A stretch of 64,000 bases of DNA from Vicinamibacteria bacterium (GCA_963578725.1 CAUZDS010000018.1:84-64083); one strand, 5' to 3'; positions 8,835-18,231 are shown, counted from the first letter of the stretch. Notes: generated from the sequence alone by a model not told the origin. Program-made: numbers and translations.

Positions 8835-8992
8835 GCACGGGCGCGCCGTCCGTGGCGGCCTCTGCCGAAAGGCTGTGGCCCGTTATCGTCAGCCCGGGTG
8901 TCTCCCTCCTCAGCACTCGGCTGGCACGATGATTTTATGGTCGTGTCGGAGCCGGCCAGCGCCGATATTCGACCGCAGACGCGGACGTAGCT

Positions 8993-10135
8993 GTGAATCA
9001 GACAACCCCTGACCGGACGACTGACGACAACAGGAAGCGCGTGAAGTACGTCCGACGACTGGACCAAGTCGAGCAGCTCAGCGCCGAAGAGCGAGACCGG
9101 CTAGGACCGGTGGTCGTGCGGTACGTCTTCCGCGCCAACGACTACTACCTCGGGCTGGTCGACTGGGATGACCCCGAGGACCCGATCCGGCAACTCGTCA
9201 TCCCGCGTGAGGAAGAGCTGACCGAATGGGGCAAGCTCGACGCCAGCAACGAGGAATCGGTCACGGTCGCCCACGGTGTGCAGCACAAGTACTGTGACAC
9301 CGTGCTGTTGCTATGCAACGAGGTCTGTGGCGCCTATTGCCGCTACTGCTTCCGCAAGCGGCTGTTCATGGACGAGAACGACGAGGTGGCCAACGACATC
9401 AGTGCCGGGCTCCGGTATATCGCCGCCCATCCTGAGGTGACCAACGTGTTACTGACCGGCGGTGACCCGCTGCTGATGAGCACCCGCCGTCTCGAGGAGA
9501 TCTTCAAGGCGCTACGGGCGATTCCGCACGTGCGGATCATCCGGCTCGGCACCAAGATGCCTGCGTTTGATCCCTATCGGGTAATCAACGATCAGGATCT
9601 GCAGAGGGTGTTCCGGACGTACTCGACGGCGCAGCAACGGATCTATCTGATGGCGCACTTCGACCACCCGCGCGAACTGACCGAGCCGGCAATCCAGGGT
9701 ATCGACATCTGTATCCGCAACGGCGTGATCTGCGTCAACCAGTGCCCGCTGATCAAGGGCGTCAATGACGACCCCTTCGTGCTGGCCGAAATGTTCGCGA
9801 CCCTGTCGTACATCGGCTGCACCCCGTACTACCTATTCCAGGGCCGACCGACGGCTGGCAACGAGCCCTACGAGATCCCGATCGTCGAGGGGTGGAAGAT
9901 CTTCAAGCAGGCGCTCACGCTCGGGTCGGGGCTGGCGCGCCGCGCCCGCTACTGTATGTCGCACGAGACCGGCAAGGTGGAGATCCTGTGCATCGACGAC
10001 GACCACATCTATCTGCGCTACCACCAAGCCAAGCACGACCACGACCTCGGTCTCTTCTTCATCTGCCGCCGGGACGACGACGCCTACTGGCTCGACCAGC
10101 TCGAGGTCATCGACCGCGCACCCGTGCACGTGTGA
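8993..10135 (+). CDS. KamA-family radical SAM aminomutase (lysine 2,3-aminomutase-like; substrate probably not lysine)
   Basis: 380 aa, GTG start. Radical SAM cluster motif CGAYCRYCFRKR, GGDPLL SAM motif, and conserved ...GVNDD...PYYLFQ...ETGK (candidate PLP lysine). Confidence 0.8.
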   Translation: MNQTTPDRTTDDNRKRVKYVRRLDQVEQLSAEERDRLGPVVVRYVFRANDYYLGLVDWDDPEDPIRQLVIPREEELTEWGKLDASNEESVTVAHGVQHKYCDTVLLLCNEVCGAYCRYCFRKRLFMDENDEVANDISAGLRYIAAHPEVTNVLLTGGDPLLMSTRRLEEIFKALRAIPHVRIIRLGTKMPAFDPYRVINDQDLQRVFRTYSTAQQRIYLMAHFDHPRELTEPAIQGIDICIRNGVICVNQCPLIKGVNDDPFVLAEMFATLSYIGCTPYYLFQGRPTAGNEPYEIPIVEGWKIFKQALTLGSGLARRARYCMSHETGKVEILCIDDDHIYLRYHQAKHDHDLGLFFICRRDDDAYWLDQLEVIDRAPVHV

Positions 10136-10159
10136 CACTGGCCTGCGGGCCGTTCCTGC

Positions 10160-10927
10160 ATGATCGCGCTTCAGCACCTGACAAAACGATACGGCGACCT
10201 GGTCGCCGTGGATGACGTGTCGCTACAGATCGGCGACGGTGAGCTGCTCGTGCTGCTGGGCGGGTCAGGCAGCGGCAAGACCACGACCCTGAAGATGATC
10301 AACCGGCTGATCGAGCCGTCAGCCGGCTCGGTACTGGTGGACGGCCGGGACGTGGCTGAGCTCGCACCGCATGATCTGCGCCGGCGGATCGGCTACGCCT
10401 TCCAGCAGGTGGGCCTGTTTTCTCACATGACGGTGGCCGAGAACGTCGCAGTCACACCGGCGCTGCTAGGCTGGTCAGCGGACGAGAGGTACCGCCGTGT
10501 CGACGAGCTACTCGAACTAGTGGAACTCGACCCAGACGAAACCCGCGACCGCCGGCCGGACCAGCTTTCGGGGGGACAGCAGCAGCGGGTGGGCGTGGCG
10601 CGCGCACTGGCTGCCAGCCCACGCCTCATGCTACTCGACGAGCCGTTCGGCGCGCTCGACCCGCTGACCAGGCAACGGCTGCAGGCGTCGTTCATCCGGA
10701 TCCGGCGCAAGCTAGGTCTAACGGCGGTATTCGTCACCCACGACATGGTCGAGGCCATGGTCGTGGCTGACCGGATCGCGGTCATGCAGGCGGGCCGGCT
10801 GGTGCAGATCGGCACGCCGGGCGCGCTGATGAAAGACCCGGCCGACGACTACGTACGGCAGCTGCTGGACACTCCGCGACGCGAAGCCCGACTCGTCGAG
10901 TCGATTCTGGGGCGGGAGGCCACTTAG
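10160..10927 (+). CDS. ABC transporter ATP-binding protein, osmoprotectant (OpuC/OpuB/OsmV-type) family, no CBS domains
   Basis: Walker A GGSGSGKTT, signature LSGGQQQRV, Walker B LMLLDEPF. Lies 25 nt after the KamA-family gene. Confidence 0.85.
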   Translation: MIALQHLTKRYGDLVAVDDVSLQIGDGELLVLLGGSGSGKTTTLKMINRLIEPSAGSVLVDGRDVAELAPHDLRRRIGYAFQQVGLFSHMTVAENVAVTPALLGWSADERYRRVDELLELVELDPDETRDRRPDQLSGGQQQRVGVARALAASPRLMLLDEPFGALDPLTRQRLQASFIRIRRKLGLTAVFVTHDMVEAMVVADRIAVMQAGRLVQIGTPGALMKDPADDYVRQLLDTPRREARLVESILGREAT

Positions 10928-11084
10928 TGTCCTATCCCGGACGTCGCTACATGGTACCCAGGAGGGCATCCCGGCAGAACGGCGTTACCCTCGGCCGCAG
11001 AGACTCAGTCTGCTTCCTCGTCGTGTCTGCCAAATGGGCGCCGCGTCTAAGACTCATGCACCGAACCTCTGAGGTAGACCACTC

Positions 11085-12635
11085 GTGAGCGAGCAACTGG
11101 CGCTGCTGCCGGCGTATCTGACTGCCCATCTCCAGCTGACGCTGCTGGCGCTGCTGTGCAGCACGACGGTGAGCTTGCCGCTCGGGGTGGCGATCAGCCG
11201 GGTGCGCTGGCTCGAGCAACCGGTGCTCGGCGTGGCAGGGGTCATCCAAACCGTGCCGAGCTTGGCACTGCTGGCCCTCATGGTGCCACTGCTGGCGTCG
11301 CTGCAACTTCCGAGCATCGGGTTTCTGCCGGCGTTCATCGGGTTGACCCTGTACGGCGTACTGCCGATTCTCCGGAACACAGTGACCGGCATCGCCGGAG
11401 TGGACGCCGCGCTCAAGGAGGCGGCCCGCGGGGTGGGCATGACGCCGACACAGCAGCTCCGTCTCGTCGAGCTGCCGCTCGCCATGCCGGTCATCGTGGC
11501 CGGGTTACGGACCGCCACGGTCTGGACCGTCGGCATCGCCACACTCTCGACCCCGGTCGGCGCGACTAGCCTAGGAAACTACATCTTCAGCGGACTGCAG
11601 ACCCGCAACTACACGGCGTTGCTGACCGGGTGCGTGGCGGCGGCGGCTCTGGCGTTGCTGCTCGACGGGCTGGTGCGAGCGCTCGAGATCGGCGTGCGCG
11701 GGCGACGGCGGCGACAGGTCGGCGCCGTCGCGGCGGCGATAGCGGCCCTCTATCTCTACACGGGTGTCACCCTGGCCACGGCGCTGGTCCCCCGCAGCGG
11801 ACGTTCGGTAACGATCGGCGCCAAGGCGTTCACCGAACAGTACATCCTATCCAATCTGCTCGGTCAGTGGATCGAGCGCGAGACCGGCCGACCCACCACC
11901 AAGATGCAGTCGCTTGGCTCGATGGTGGCGTTCGACGCCCTGGCGGCTGGTGACATCGACGTCTACGTCGACTATTCCGGCACACTCTGGGCCAACCAGA
12001 TGGAACGGGACATCGTCGGGATGGACCGGGCCACAGTGCTCGCCGAGGTGGGTACCTACCTCGCCGAGGCGCACGGCATCGGCATCGCGGCCACCCTCGG
12101 GTTCGAGAACGCCTACGCCGTGGCGATGCGTGCCCAGGACGCCGAGGCGCTGCGGCTGACGCGGATCAGCGACCTGACCCCGCTGGCACCAAAATTGTCA
12201 ATGGGTGGCGACTATGAGTTCTTCTCCCGTCCGGAGTGGGCGGCAATCCGTGACACCTACGGGTTGGCGCTAGGGGAACAACGCACGATGGACCCGGCCC
12301 TAATGTATCTGGCCGCGGCCGAAGGGGCGGTCGACCTGATCAGCGCCTTTACGACCGACGGCCGGGTCAACGCCTACGACCTGCGGATCCTGGAAGACGA
12401 CCGCGCAGCAATTCCACCGTATGATGCGGTCGTCCTGGTCAGCGCCAGACTCGCCCGCGAGTGGCCGGACGTACTCGTGGCACTTAGGCAACTGGGAGGC
12501 GTGATCGACGTCGACGCGATGCGCGGAATGAACCTGGAAGTCGACACGCGCGGCGCCGATCCGCGCGCGGTCGCGGCCGACTTCCTGACGACACTGCCGG
12601 AGCGCCGCACCCGCCCGGCCGGCGAGACACCCTGA
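11085..12635 (+). CDS. fused ABC permease / OpuAC-type substrate-binding protein (glycine betaine/choline/carnitine class)
   Basis: 516 aa. The N-terminal half is a BPD_transp_1 permease (...LPILRNTVTGIAGVD..LKEAARGVGMT..Q.L..VELP). The C-terminal half is OpuAC-like (VTIGAKAFTEQYILSNLL...DIDVYVDYSGTLW...DDRAAIPPYDAVVLV). Confidence 0.8.
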   Translation: MSEQLALLPAYLTAHLQLTLLALLCSTTVSLPLGVAISRVRWLEQPVLGVAGVIQTVPSLALLALMVPLLASLQLPSIGFLPAFIGLTLYGVLPILRNTVTGIAGVDAALKEAARGVGMTPTQQLRLVELPLAMPVIVAGLRTATVWTVGIATLSTPVGATSLGNYIFSGLQTRNYTALLTGCVAAAALALLLDGLVRALEIGVRGRRRRQVGAVAAAIAALYLYTGVTLATALVPRSGRSVTIGAKAFTEQYILSNLLGQWIERETGRPTTKMQSLGSMVAFDALAAGDIDVYVDYSGTLWANQMERDIVGMDRATVLAEVGTYLAEAHGIGIAATLGFENAYAVAMRAQDAEALRLTRISDLTPLAPKLSMGGDYEFFSRPEWAAIRDTYGLALGEQRTMDPALMYLAAAEGAVDLISAFTTDGRVNAYDLRILEDDRAAIPPYDAVVLVSARLAREWPDVLVALRQLGGVIDVDAMRGMNLEVDTRGADPRAVAADFLTTLPERRTRPAGETP

Positions 12636-12666
12636 GCGGGCACCGCCACACGAGCAGGAGGCTCAC

Positions 12667-13224
12667 GTGGGCATTCTCGAGATACTGGGACTCGGTGAGC
12701 GCGATGCCGCGCTGGAACGGACCCAGGCGACCCGTCGCGGTGACACCGACACCGTCAAACTTATCGTGGATGAGCTCGAGGCACTCGAACCGGCCCGCGC
12801 ACGGTTTCTCGCCGCCTTCGCCTACATCCTGAGCCGTCTCGCCCACGCCGACTCGCACATCAGCGAGGGCGAGACGGAGTCCATGGGTGAGATCGTCCAG
12901 AAGCTGGGTCACCTGCCGGAGGCGCAGGCGGTCCTGGTCGTCGAGATCGCCAAGAGTCAGGCCCGGTTGTTCGGCGGCACCGAGAACTATCTCGTCACTC
13001 GCGAATTTCGTGAGATCGCGACCGCCGAGCAGCGTCTGGAGCTGCTCGACTGCATCTTCGCCGTCGCGGCGGCGGACGGGTCGATCAGTGCCATCGAAGA
13101 GTCGCAGGTGGGTCAGATCGCCAAGGAGCTCGGTTTCACCCAGCCGGAATTCGCGGCGGCGCTTGCGGCCCACGCGAAGCATCGAGCGGTGTTGCGGTTG
13201 CTGCGGGCGAAGCGGACGACGTAG
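12667..13224 (+). CDS. TerB-family (tellurite resistance TerB-like) protein
   Basis: 185 aa, GTG start. ...AHADSHISEGETESMGEIV...LLDCIFAVAAADGSISAIEESQVGQIAKELGF is the typical TerB repeat pattern. Confidence 0.65.
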   Translation: MGILEILGLGERDAALERTQATRRGDTDTVKLIVDELEALEPARARFLAAFAYILSRLAHADSHISEGETESMGEIVQKLGHLPEAQAVLVVEIAKSQARLFGGTENYLVTREFREIATAEQRLELLDCIFAVAAADGSISAIEESQVGQIAKELGFTQPEFAAALAAHAKHRAVLRLLRAKRTT

Positions 13225-14278
13225 GCTCGTCGGCCACGCCACTCGCCCCAGCCGACGACGGGTTGGCGTCGAGCATCACCGCCACCCACCGCAGGTCCTC
13301 GGTGTTCTCCAGTGCGATCTTCAGCATCATCGTCAGCGGCACCGACAGCAGCATGCCCATAGGCCCCCAGACCCACCCCCAAAACACCAACGACAGGAAC
13401 ACCACCAGGGTCGACAATCCGAGCCGCCGCCCCAGCAGCATCGGCTCGACCACATTGCCAAAGACAACGTTGATAACGATGTAGCCGATGGCGACGATGA
13501 CCGCGCGTCCGGGGCCGAACTGCACCAGCGACAGCAACACCGGTCCGATCGCGGCGAAGATCGACCCGAGGCTCGGGATGTAGTTGAAGATGAAGGCGAC
13601 CAGCCCCCACAGCAGCGGAAAGTCGAGCCCCAGCGCCCAGACCCAGATTCCGGCGAGCAGCCCGGTCGTGAGGCTGACCGCTGTCTTGATGGCGAGGTAT
13701 TTCTGGATCTGCTGGGTCATCTGGCCGAACCGTTCCAGGCTCTTCCCACGGTCCCCGAACGCGATAACCAGCTTGGCCCGGAACCCGGCCGCCTCGAACA
13801 GGATAAATATGACGGCGAGCAACACGAGGAACGCATTCGAGAGCAGCCCGGCCAGCGCGCCCAACGTGCCGCCCAGCAGGTCGACCACCGCGCCGGCGTT
13901 GAAGTAGTCGAGCGGCGTCCACTCGGCGGTCGGCAGACCGAACCCAGCGGCCCACGCCATGATCCCGTTCACCAGCTCCTGAAACCGAGCTGTGTACTCC
14001 GGAGCCACCAGCGCGAACTCGTTGACGGAGCGACCCACCACGACGCCGAGCACACTGACCACGCCAGCTGCCGCGACGACTGTCCCGAACACCGCGAGCG
14101 GTGTGGGCACCTTCCGGCGCTGGAGCCAGACCATGACCGGCAGACTGACCACCGCCAGGAAAACGGCGGTGAGAAACGGCAGGATGAGCTGACTCGCCTG
14201 CCGGAGACCGGCGATCACGATGATGAGGCTGGCAGCCACGACGAGGAATCGGGCGCCGTGGTCCTGTCGTGTCACCAT
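13136..14278 (-). CDS. AI-2E family transporter (PerM/YhhT, UPF0118)
   Basis: Multi-pass membrane protein. ...FIFNYIPSLGSIFAAIGPVLL...GNVVEPMLLGRRLGLSTLVVFLSLVFWGWVWGPMGMLLSVPLT is the AI-2E signature region. The start is trimmed to Met29 of the ORF (MVTRQDH...). Confidence 0.8.
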   Translation of the reverse strand: MVTRQDHGARFLVVAASLIIVIAGLRQASQLILPFLTAVFLAVVSLPVMVWLQRRKVPTPLAVFGTVVAAAGVVSVLGVVVGRSVNEFALVAPEYTARFQELVNGIMAWAAGFGLPTAEWTPLDYFNAGAVVDLLGGTLGALAGLLSNAFLVLLAVIFILFEAAGFRAKLVIAFGDRGKSLERFGQMTQQIQKYLAIKTAVSLTTGLLAGIWVWALGLDFPLLWGLVAFIFNYIPSLGSIFAAIGPVLLSLVQFGPGRAVIVAIGYIVINVVFGNVVEPMLLGRRLGLSTLVVFLSLVFWGWVWGPMGMLLSVPLTMMLKIALENTEDLRWVAVMLDANPSSAGASGVADEPTSSASPAATATPLDASRGPQAPPRIPAG

Positions 14279-14484
14279 CGCATCCGTCAAACAGATGTCC
14301 AAGAACCCCCGGTGAGCGCTATCACCGCCAGGCGGGTCTCGCCATCCACCCATTGCACGCACTGGGCCAAACCGGCGACGACTCCCAACCGCGCGATCTC
14401 ACCTCGCACGTACTCATACGCGCCCTCGGTTCAGATCGACTCGACCTCGGTAAACCGCACCGGTGGAACGTTCACGACGGGCCG

Positions 14485-15819
14485 CTAGGCCTCCACGCAG
14501 CGAAACCCGGCATAGACGTGCGGATAGTGGGGTCGAAACCAGTTGCGCAGACTGCGGCGGACCAACCCGGTGGCGGTGACCGGCGACGCCCCCTTGATTA
14601 CGTAGTGCCGTCCGTCGAAAAAATCGGCGGAGTACTCCGGGTACGAGGCCATGGGCGTGAACCCTGGGAACCCCTCGAATACCGTCGCTGTCCACTCCCA
14701 CCCATTCCCCACCAGATCGTGCACTCCCCACGCACTCCCACCCCCTGGATAGGACCCGACCGGCACCGGCTCCCAATGCTGGAACCCGAAATTACCACGG
14801 ACTGCATCCGCGGGGGCGTCGCCCCACGGATGGGGGCGCTCGACACCGTTCGGGGTCCCGAACGCCGCGCGGTGGAACTCAGCCTCGGTCGGCAGCCGCA
14901 GCCCTTTCCACCGGGCATACGCGGACGCCTCTGCGTGGGAGACATAGACCGGCCAGGACGGCGGCAGCCGAATCAACTCGAACATCCCGCGCCAGAACCA
15001 GTCTCCCCCCCGGCGGGACCAGAACGGCGCGTGTTCCACGCCGGCCTCCGTCCGCCAGGCCCAGTCGGCCTCGGACCACCACCCGGGGGTCGCGTAGCCG
15101 CCCGCGTTAACGAATTCGAGATACTGCTGGTTGGTCACATTGTGCCGGTCGATGGCGAACGCCGGCACGTCGATCTGCAGCTGCGGAAACTCGTTGTCCC
15201 AGCCGAACGGGATTTCGTCGGGTCTGGCGCCCAGCGTCGCCAGACCCGCCGGAATCCGGACCCGCCTGACCTCCGGCACCGCACCGTCGGTGACGGTGGT
15301 CGCGCCGGCGGGCCGGCGCTTTCGCGACAGCGGCAGCCGATGCCACATGTAGGCCAAGGTCTCCTGGTGCAGCTCTTCGTGCTCGATCAGCGTGAACACC
15401 GCCTGCCCGCGATGCAGTACCGGATGCCCGTCCCGCTCGATCTGGGCATGCTCGAGCGCGTCGAGAATCGCCCGATCCGCATCGGCGACGTATCTCCTAA
15501 CCGTCTCACGGCTCGGCCAGGACCTGATAGCGACGCCATCAGCCCCGGCCTGGTCCTCCGGATCGATCCCGCGCTCGAACAGCCGCTCGAGGTCGTCGTC
15601 CAGCCCATCGCGACCGAGCCCGCGCTTGATCAAGGTGTTGACGCTGAACGCGGGAATATGACCCTCGTAGAACACGATGGGATGACGCAACGGAATCGGC
15701 TGGTCGTAGTAGGCCTCTGGAGTGAGTAGCTCGAACAGGTTCTCGGTGCGCCGGCGCGTCTCCCGGAACCAGTTGACGCTAGCCGCTCTGTCGACCTCAC
15801 GTTCTACTGCATCTTCCAT
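14485..15819 (-). CDS. DinB_2 + FGE-sulfatase (SUMF1) two-domain non-haem iron enzyme, EgtB/OvoA-type sulfoxide-synthase-like
   Basis: 444 aa. The N-terminus has ...PLRHPIVFYEGHIPAF (DinB-like metal site). The C-terminus has ...YLEFVNAGGY...WSE...HAEASAYARWKGLRLPTEAEF...GNGWEWT...GASP...RNWF.P...GFRCV (FGE fold). Confidence 0.7.
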   Translation of the reverse strand: MEDAVEREVDRAASVNWFRETRRRTENLFELLTPEAYYDQPIPLRHPIVFYEGHIPAFSVNTLIKRGLGRDGLDDDLERLFERGIDPEDQAGADGVAIRSWPSRETVRRYVADADRAILDALEHAQIERDGHPVLHRGQAVFTLIEHEELHQETLAYMWHRLPLSRKRRPAGATTVTDGAVPEVRRVRIPAGLATLGARPDEIPFGWDNEFPQLQIDVPAFAIDRHNVTNQQYLEFVNAGGYATPGWWSEADWAWRTEAGVEHAPFWSRRGGDWFWRGMFELIRLPPSWPVYVSHAEASAYARWKGLRLPTEAEFHRAAFGTPNGVERPHPWGDAPADAVRGNFGFQHWEPVPVGSYPGGGSAWGVHDLVGNGWEWTATVFEGFPGFTPMASYPEYSADFFDGRHYVIKGASPVTATGLVRRSLRNWFRPHYPHVYAGFRCVEA

Positions 15820-16040
15820 TACGAGTCTCCCCGGTCACCGGAATTCCGTCAAGGTTGGTAGCCGTTTTACACTGCGAAGGTTGCTGGGTGTAACGAGAGC
15901 CCGCCCTTCACAGACAAACACTAACATAGCCCCTCGGCGCCCGGTTCCGGCAGACGGCACCATCATCGCGGTGTGGTAGCCTGAGAGTCGCGACGACGTG
16001 CGGCTGGCACGCCGGCGGCGCCGGCGGCGCGGGCGGCCGG

Positions 16041-16127
16041 GCGAAAGTGGCGGAACTGGCAGACGCGCCGGATTTAGGATCCGGTGGCCGAAAGGCTGTG
16101 GGGGTTCAAATCCCCCCTTTCGCACCA
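16041..16127 (+). tRNA. tRNA-Leu (anticodon TAG), long variable arm
   Basis: GCGAAAGTGGCGGAACTGGCAGACGCGCCGGATTTAGGATCCGGTGGCCGAAAGGCTGTGGGGGTTCAAATCCCCCCTTTCGCACCA. Confidence 0.92.
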
Positions 16128-16230
16128 CGGGCCAGGCGGCGGGCACGTGCGCGCCTCGCGGGCACGGAGCTGGGCCTTGGGATCCCCGCGGAGAGCCCGC
16201 GTGGGGTATGGGACGAACCCCCAGTAAACA

Positions 16231-17517
16231 ATGAAGGCGACGATCACAGAGCTCAGCGAGACCCGTAAGCGTCTCGATGTGGAAATCCAGGTGGCGGACG
16301 TCGACACCGCGATTGAGCGACTCGCCCGTAGCTACAGCCGGCGAGCCAAGGTGTCCGGGTTTCGCCCGGGGAAGGTGCCGACTCGGCTCGTGCGACAGCG
16401 CTTCAAGGAGGACATCCTGCACGACGTGGCCCACGATCTCGTGCCGCTGGCGGTGGAGGAAGCGCTGCGGGAACAGGCGCTGACACCGATCCAGACCCCG
16501 GACGTCCGCGACGTGTCGATCGACGACGGACAGCCTCTGACGTTTCACGCGCTGTTTGAGGTTCTGCCGTCGGTCCCGGATCTCGACTATGACACGCTGA
16601 CGCTGCGGCGGACGCCGGTCACGCCGGACGCCGACGCCAACGACCGCGCGATCGAGGAGTTGCGCCGGCGCGCCGGTCGGCTCGAGCCGGTCGATGACCG
16701 GGGTGCCGAGGTGGGCGACACTGTGACGCTGAATCTGACGACTCGGCGTGAGGGCGGCCCGCCCTCACCGCCAGAAGACCGGCACGAGAACGCGACAATC
16801 GAGCTGGGCGCGGTGTCGAACCCGCCCGGGTTCGACGCCGAGCTGACCGGACTCCGGGTCGGCGAGACGAAGGTCTTCGAGCTGTCGTATCCGTCAGACC
16901 ACGAGCAGACCGAGCTGGCTGGCGCCAGGGTGGCGTACGACGTCGAACTAAAAGCGACCCACCGGCGGGTACTGCCCGACCTCGACGACGAATTCGCCCG
17001 ATCGGTGGGCGAGTTCGACACCCTGGATGCGCTGAAAGCCTTCGTCGAGAGTGACCTACGGCGCCAGGCGGAGACGGAGACGGAGCGTGGGGTGCGTCAC
17101 GATCTGATGACCCAGCTCGCCTCCCGGGCCACTGTGGAGATGCCCGAGGCGCTGGTCAACCGCGAGATCGCGCGGCGGCTCGAGCAGGTCGCGAGCCGAC
17201 TCGCGCAGCAAGGCGTCGATCCGCAGACCACCAAAATCGACTGGGACGCGCTCCGGGACGAGCAAAGGGCGCCGTCGCTTGAGATGGTGCGTGGTTCGAT
17301 GATGCTCGACGACGTGGCCCGGCGCGAATCGCTGACGATCAGTGACGACGACGTCGAACGGGAACTGGCCCAGTACGCCAAACGACTCGGGCGGACACTG
17401 TCGGCGGTGCGGGCGCAGCTGGAGAAGGATGACGGCATAGCCAGGCTGGCGGAGGGGTTACGGCGGGAGAAGGCGATTGACTTCATCTTGTCGCGTGCTA
17501 CGATCGTGACTGCGTGA
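16231..17517 (+). CDS. tig: trigger factor
   Basis: 428 aa. N-terminal ribosome-binding motif ...GFRPGKVP, and conserved position before clpP-clpX. Confidence 0.9.
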   Translation: MKATITELSETRKRLDVEIQVADVDTAIERLARSYSRRAKVSGFRPGKVPTRLVRQRFKEDILHDVAHDLVPLAVEEALREQALTPIQTPDVRDVSIDDGQPLTFHALFEVLPSVPDLDYDTLTLRRTPVTPDADANDRAIEELRRRAGRLEPVDDRGAEVGDTVTLNLTTRREGGPPSPPEDRHENATIELGAVSNPPGFDAELTGLRVGETKVFELSYPSDHEQTELAGARVAYDVELKATHRRVLPDLDDEFARSVGEFDTLDALKAFVESDLRRQAETETERGVRHDLMTQLASRATVEMPEALVNREIARRLEQVASRLAQQGVDPQTTKIDWDALRDEQRAPSLEMVRGSMMLDDVARRESLTISDDDVERELAQYAKRLGRTLSAVRAQLEKDDGIARLAEGLRREKAIDFILSRATIVTA

Positions 17518-17628
17518 GCGTTGCGCCTTCCGGCCGCTGTTTTCCCCAACACGCCTGGTAACCCCGTCACGTCACCCGTACCCAGGCGTCGCACCGACGT
17601 GGACGCCGAACCTGACGAGCAATCGACC

Positions 17629-18231
17629 ATGTCCGAGGCCCGCAACCAGTTGATCCCGATGGTGGTCGAGCAGACCAATCGTGGTGAGCGCGCGTACGAT
17701 ATCTACTCGCGGCTACTGAAGGACAGCATCATCTTCGTCGGGACACCGATCGAGGACCCAATCGCGAACGTGGTGATCGCCCAGATGCTGTTTCTCGAGG
17801 CCGAGGACCCAGACCGGGACATTGTCCTCTATGTCAACAGTCCGGGCGGCTCGATCTCGGCCGGGCTGGCAATCTACGACACCATGCAGTTCATCAAACC
17901 GGACGTCCGGACCTACTGCATCGGGCAAGCAGCGTCGATGGCGGCAGTGCTGCTGGCCGCCGGTGCCCCCGGCAAGCGGTTCAGCTTACCAAATTCCAGG
18001 ATTGTCATCCATCAGCCGCTGATGAGCGGGCTGGGCGGACAGGCGAGTGACATCGATATCCATGCTCGCGAGATTCTGCGGATGCGCACGCGGCTGAACG
18101 AGATCCTCGTCGCGCACACGGGGCGAAAGCTCAAACAGATTGAGAAAGACACCGAGCGCGACTACATCATGACGGCCGATCAGAGTCGCGAATACGGTAT
18201 CATTGACGAGGTGATCGGGAAGCGCCCATGA
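17629..18231 (+). CDS. clpP: ATP-dependent Clp protease proteolytic subunit
   Basis: ...[19 protein letters not shown]...[19 protein letters not shown]...[14 protein letters not shown]...IHQP. The start is trimmed to the conserved [16 protein letters not shown]. Confidence 0.93.
   Translation: MSEARNQLIPMVVEQTNRGERAYDIYSRLLKDSIIFVGTPIEDPIANVVIAQMLFLEAEDPDRDIVLYVNSPGGSISAGLAIYDTMQFIKPDVRTYCIGQAASMAAVLLAAGAPGKRFSLPNSRIVIHQPLMSGLGGQASDIDIHAREILRMRTRLNEILVAHTGRKLKQIEKDTERDYIMTADQSREYGIIDEVIGKRP

Noticed and set aside
8507-8992. Lysine (L-box), c-di-AMP (ydaO), SAM or guanidine riboswitch upstream of the KamA/ABC operon.
   Set aside because: Isolated short similarities (GAGTA, GCGTCGCC, CTACAAGAGC) are not in the order or context of the respective consensus cores. 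I kept it only as an unassigned leader.
12887-14488. Very long ORFs antisense to real genes. Examples are 12887-14488, 14269-15729, 26784-28337, 38866-40413, 3674-4744, 41231-42139, 45113-46009 and 47359-48177.
   Set aside because: Their translations are Arg/Pro/Gly/His-rich low-complexity strings with no domain signatures. Each lies opposite a gene with a clear family assignment. Long stop-free antisense frames are an expected artefact of high-GC coding sequence.
17521-17628. ORF-track N-terminal extensions of clpP (17521), clpX (18297), abcF (51408), trmFO (56319), topA (58867), hslU (46720), rplU (60931), rsfS (63176), nrdJ (29075), the AI-2E transporter (14362) and surA-like (31098).
   Set aside because: The extensions are Arg/Pro-rich and overlap upstream genes or leaders. 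They precede internal start codons that reproduce the conserved family N-termini, several with good Shine-Dalgarno sequences.
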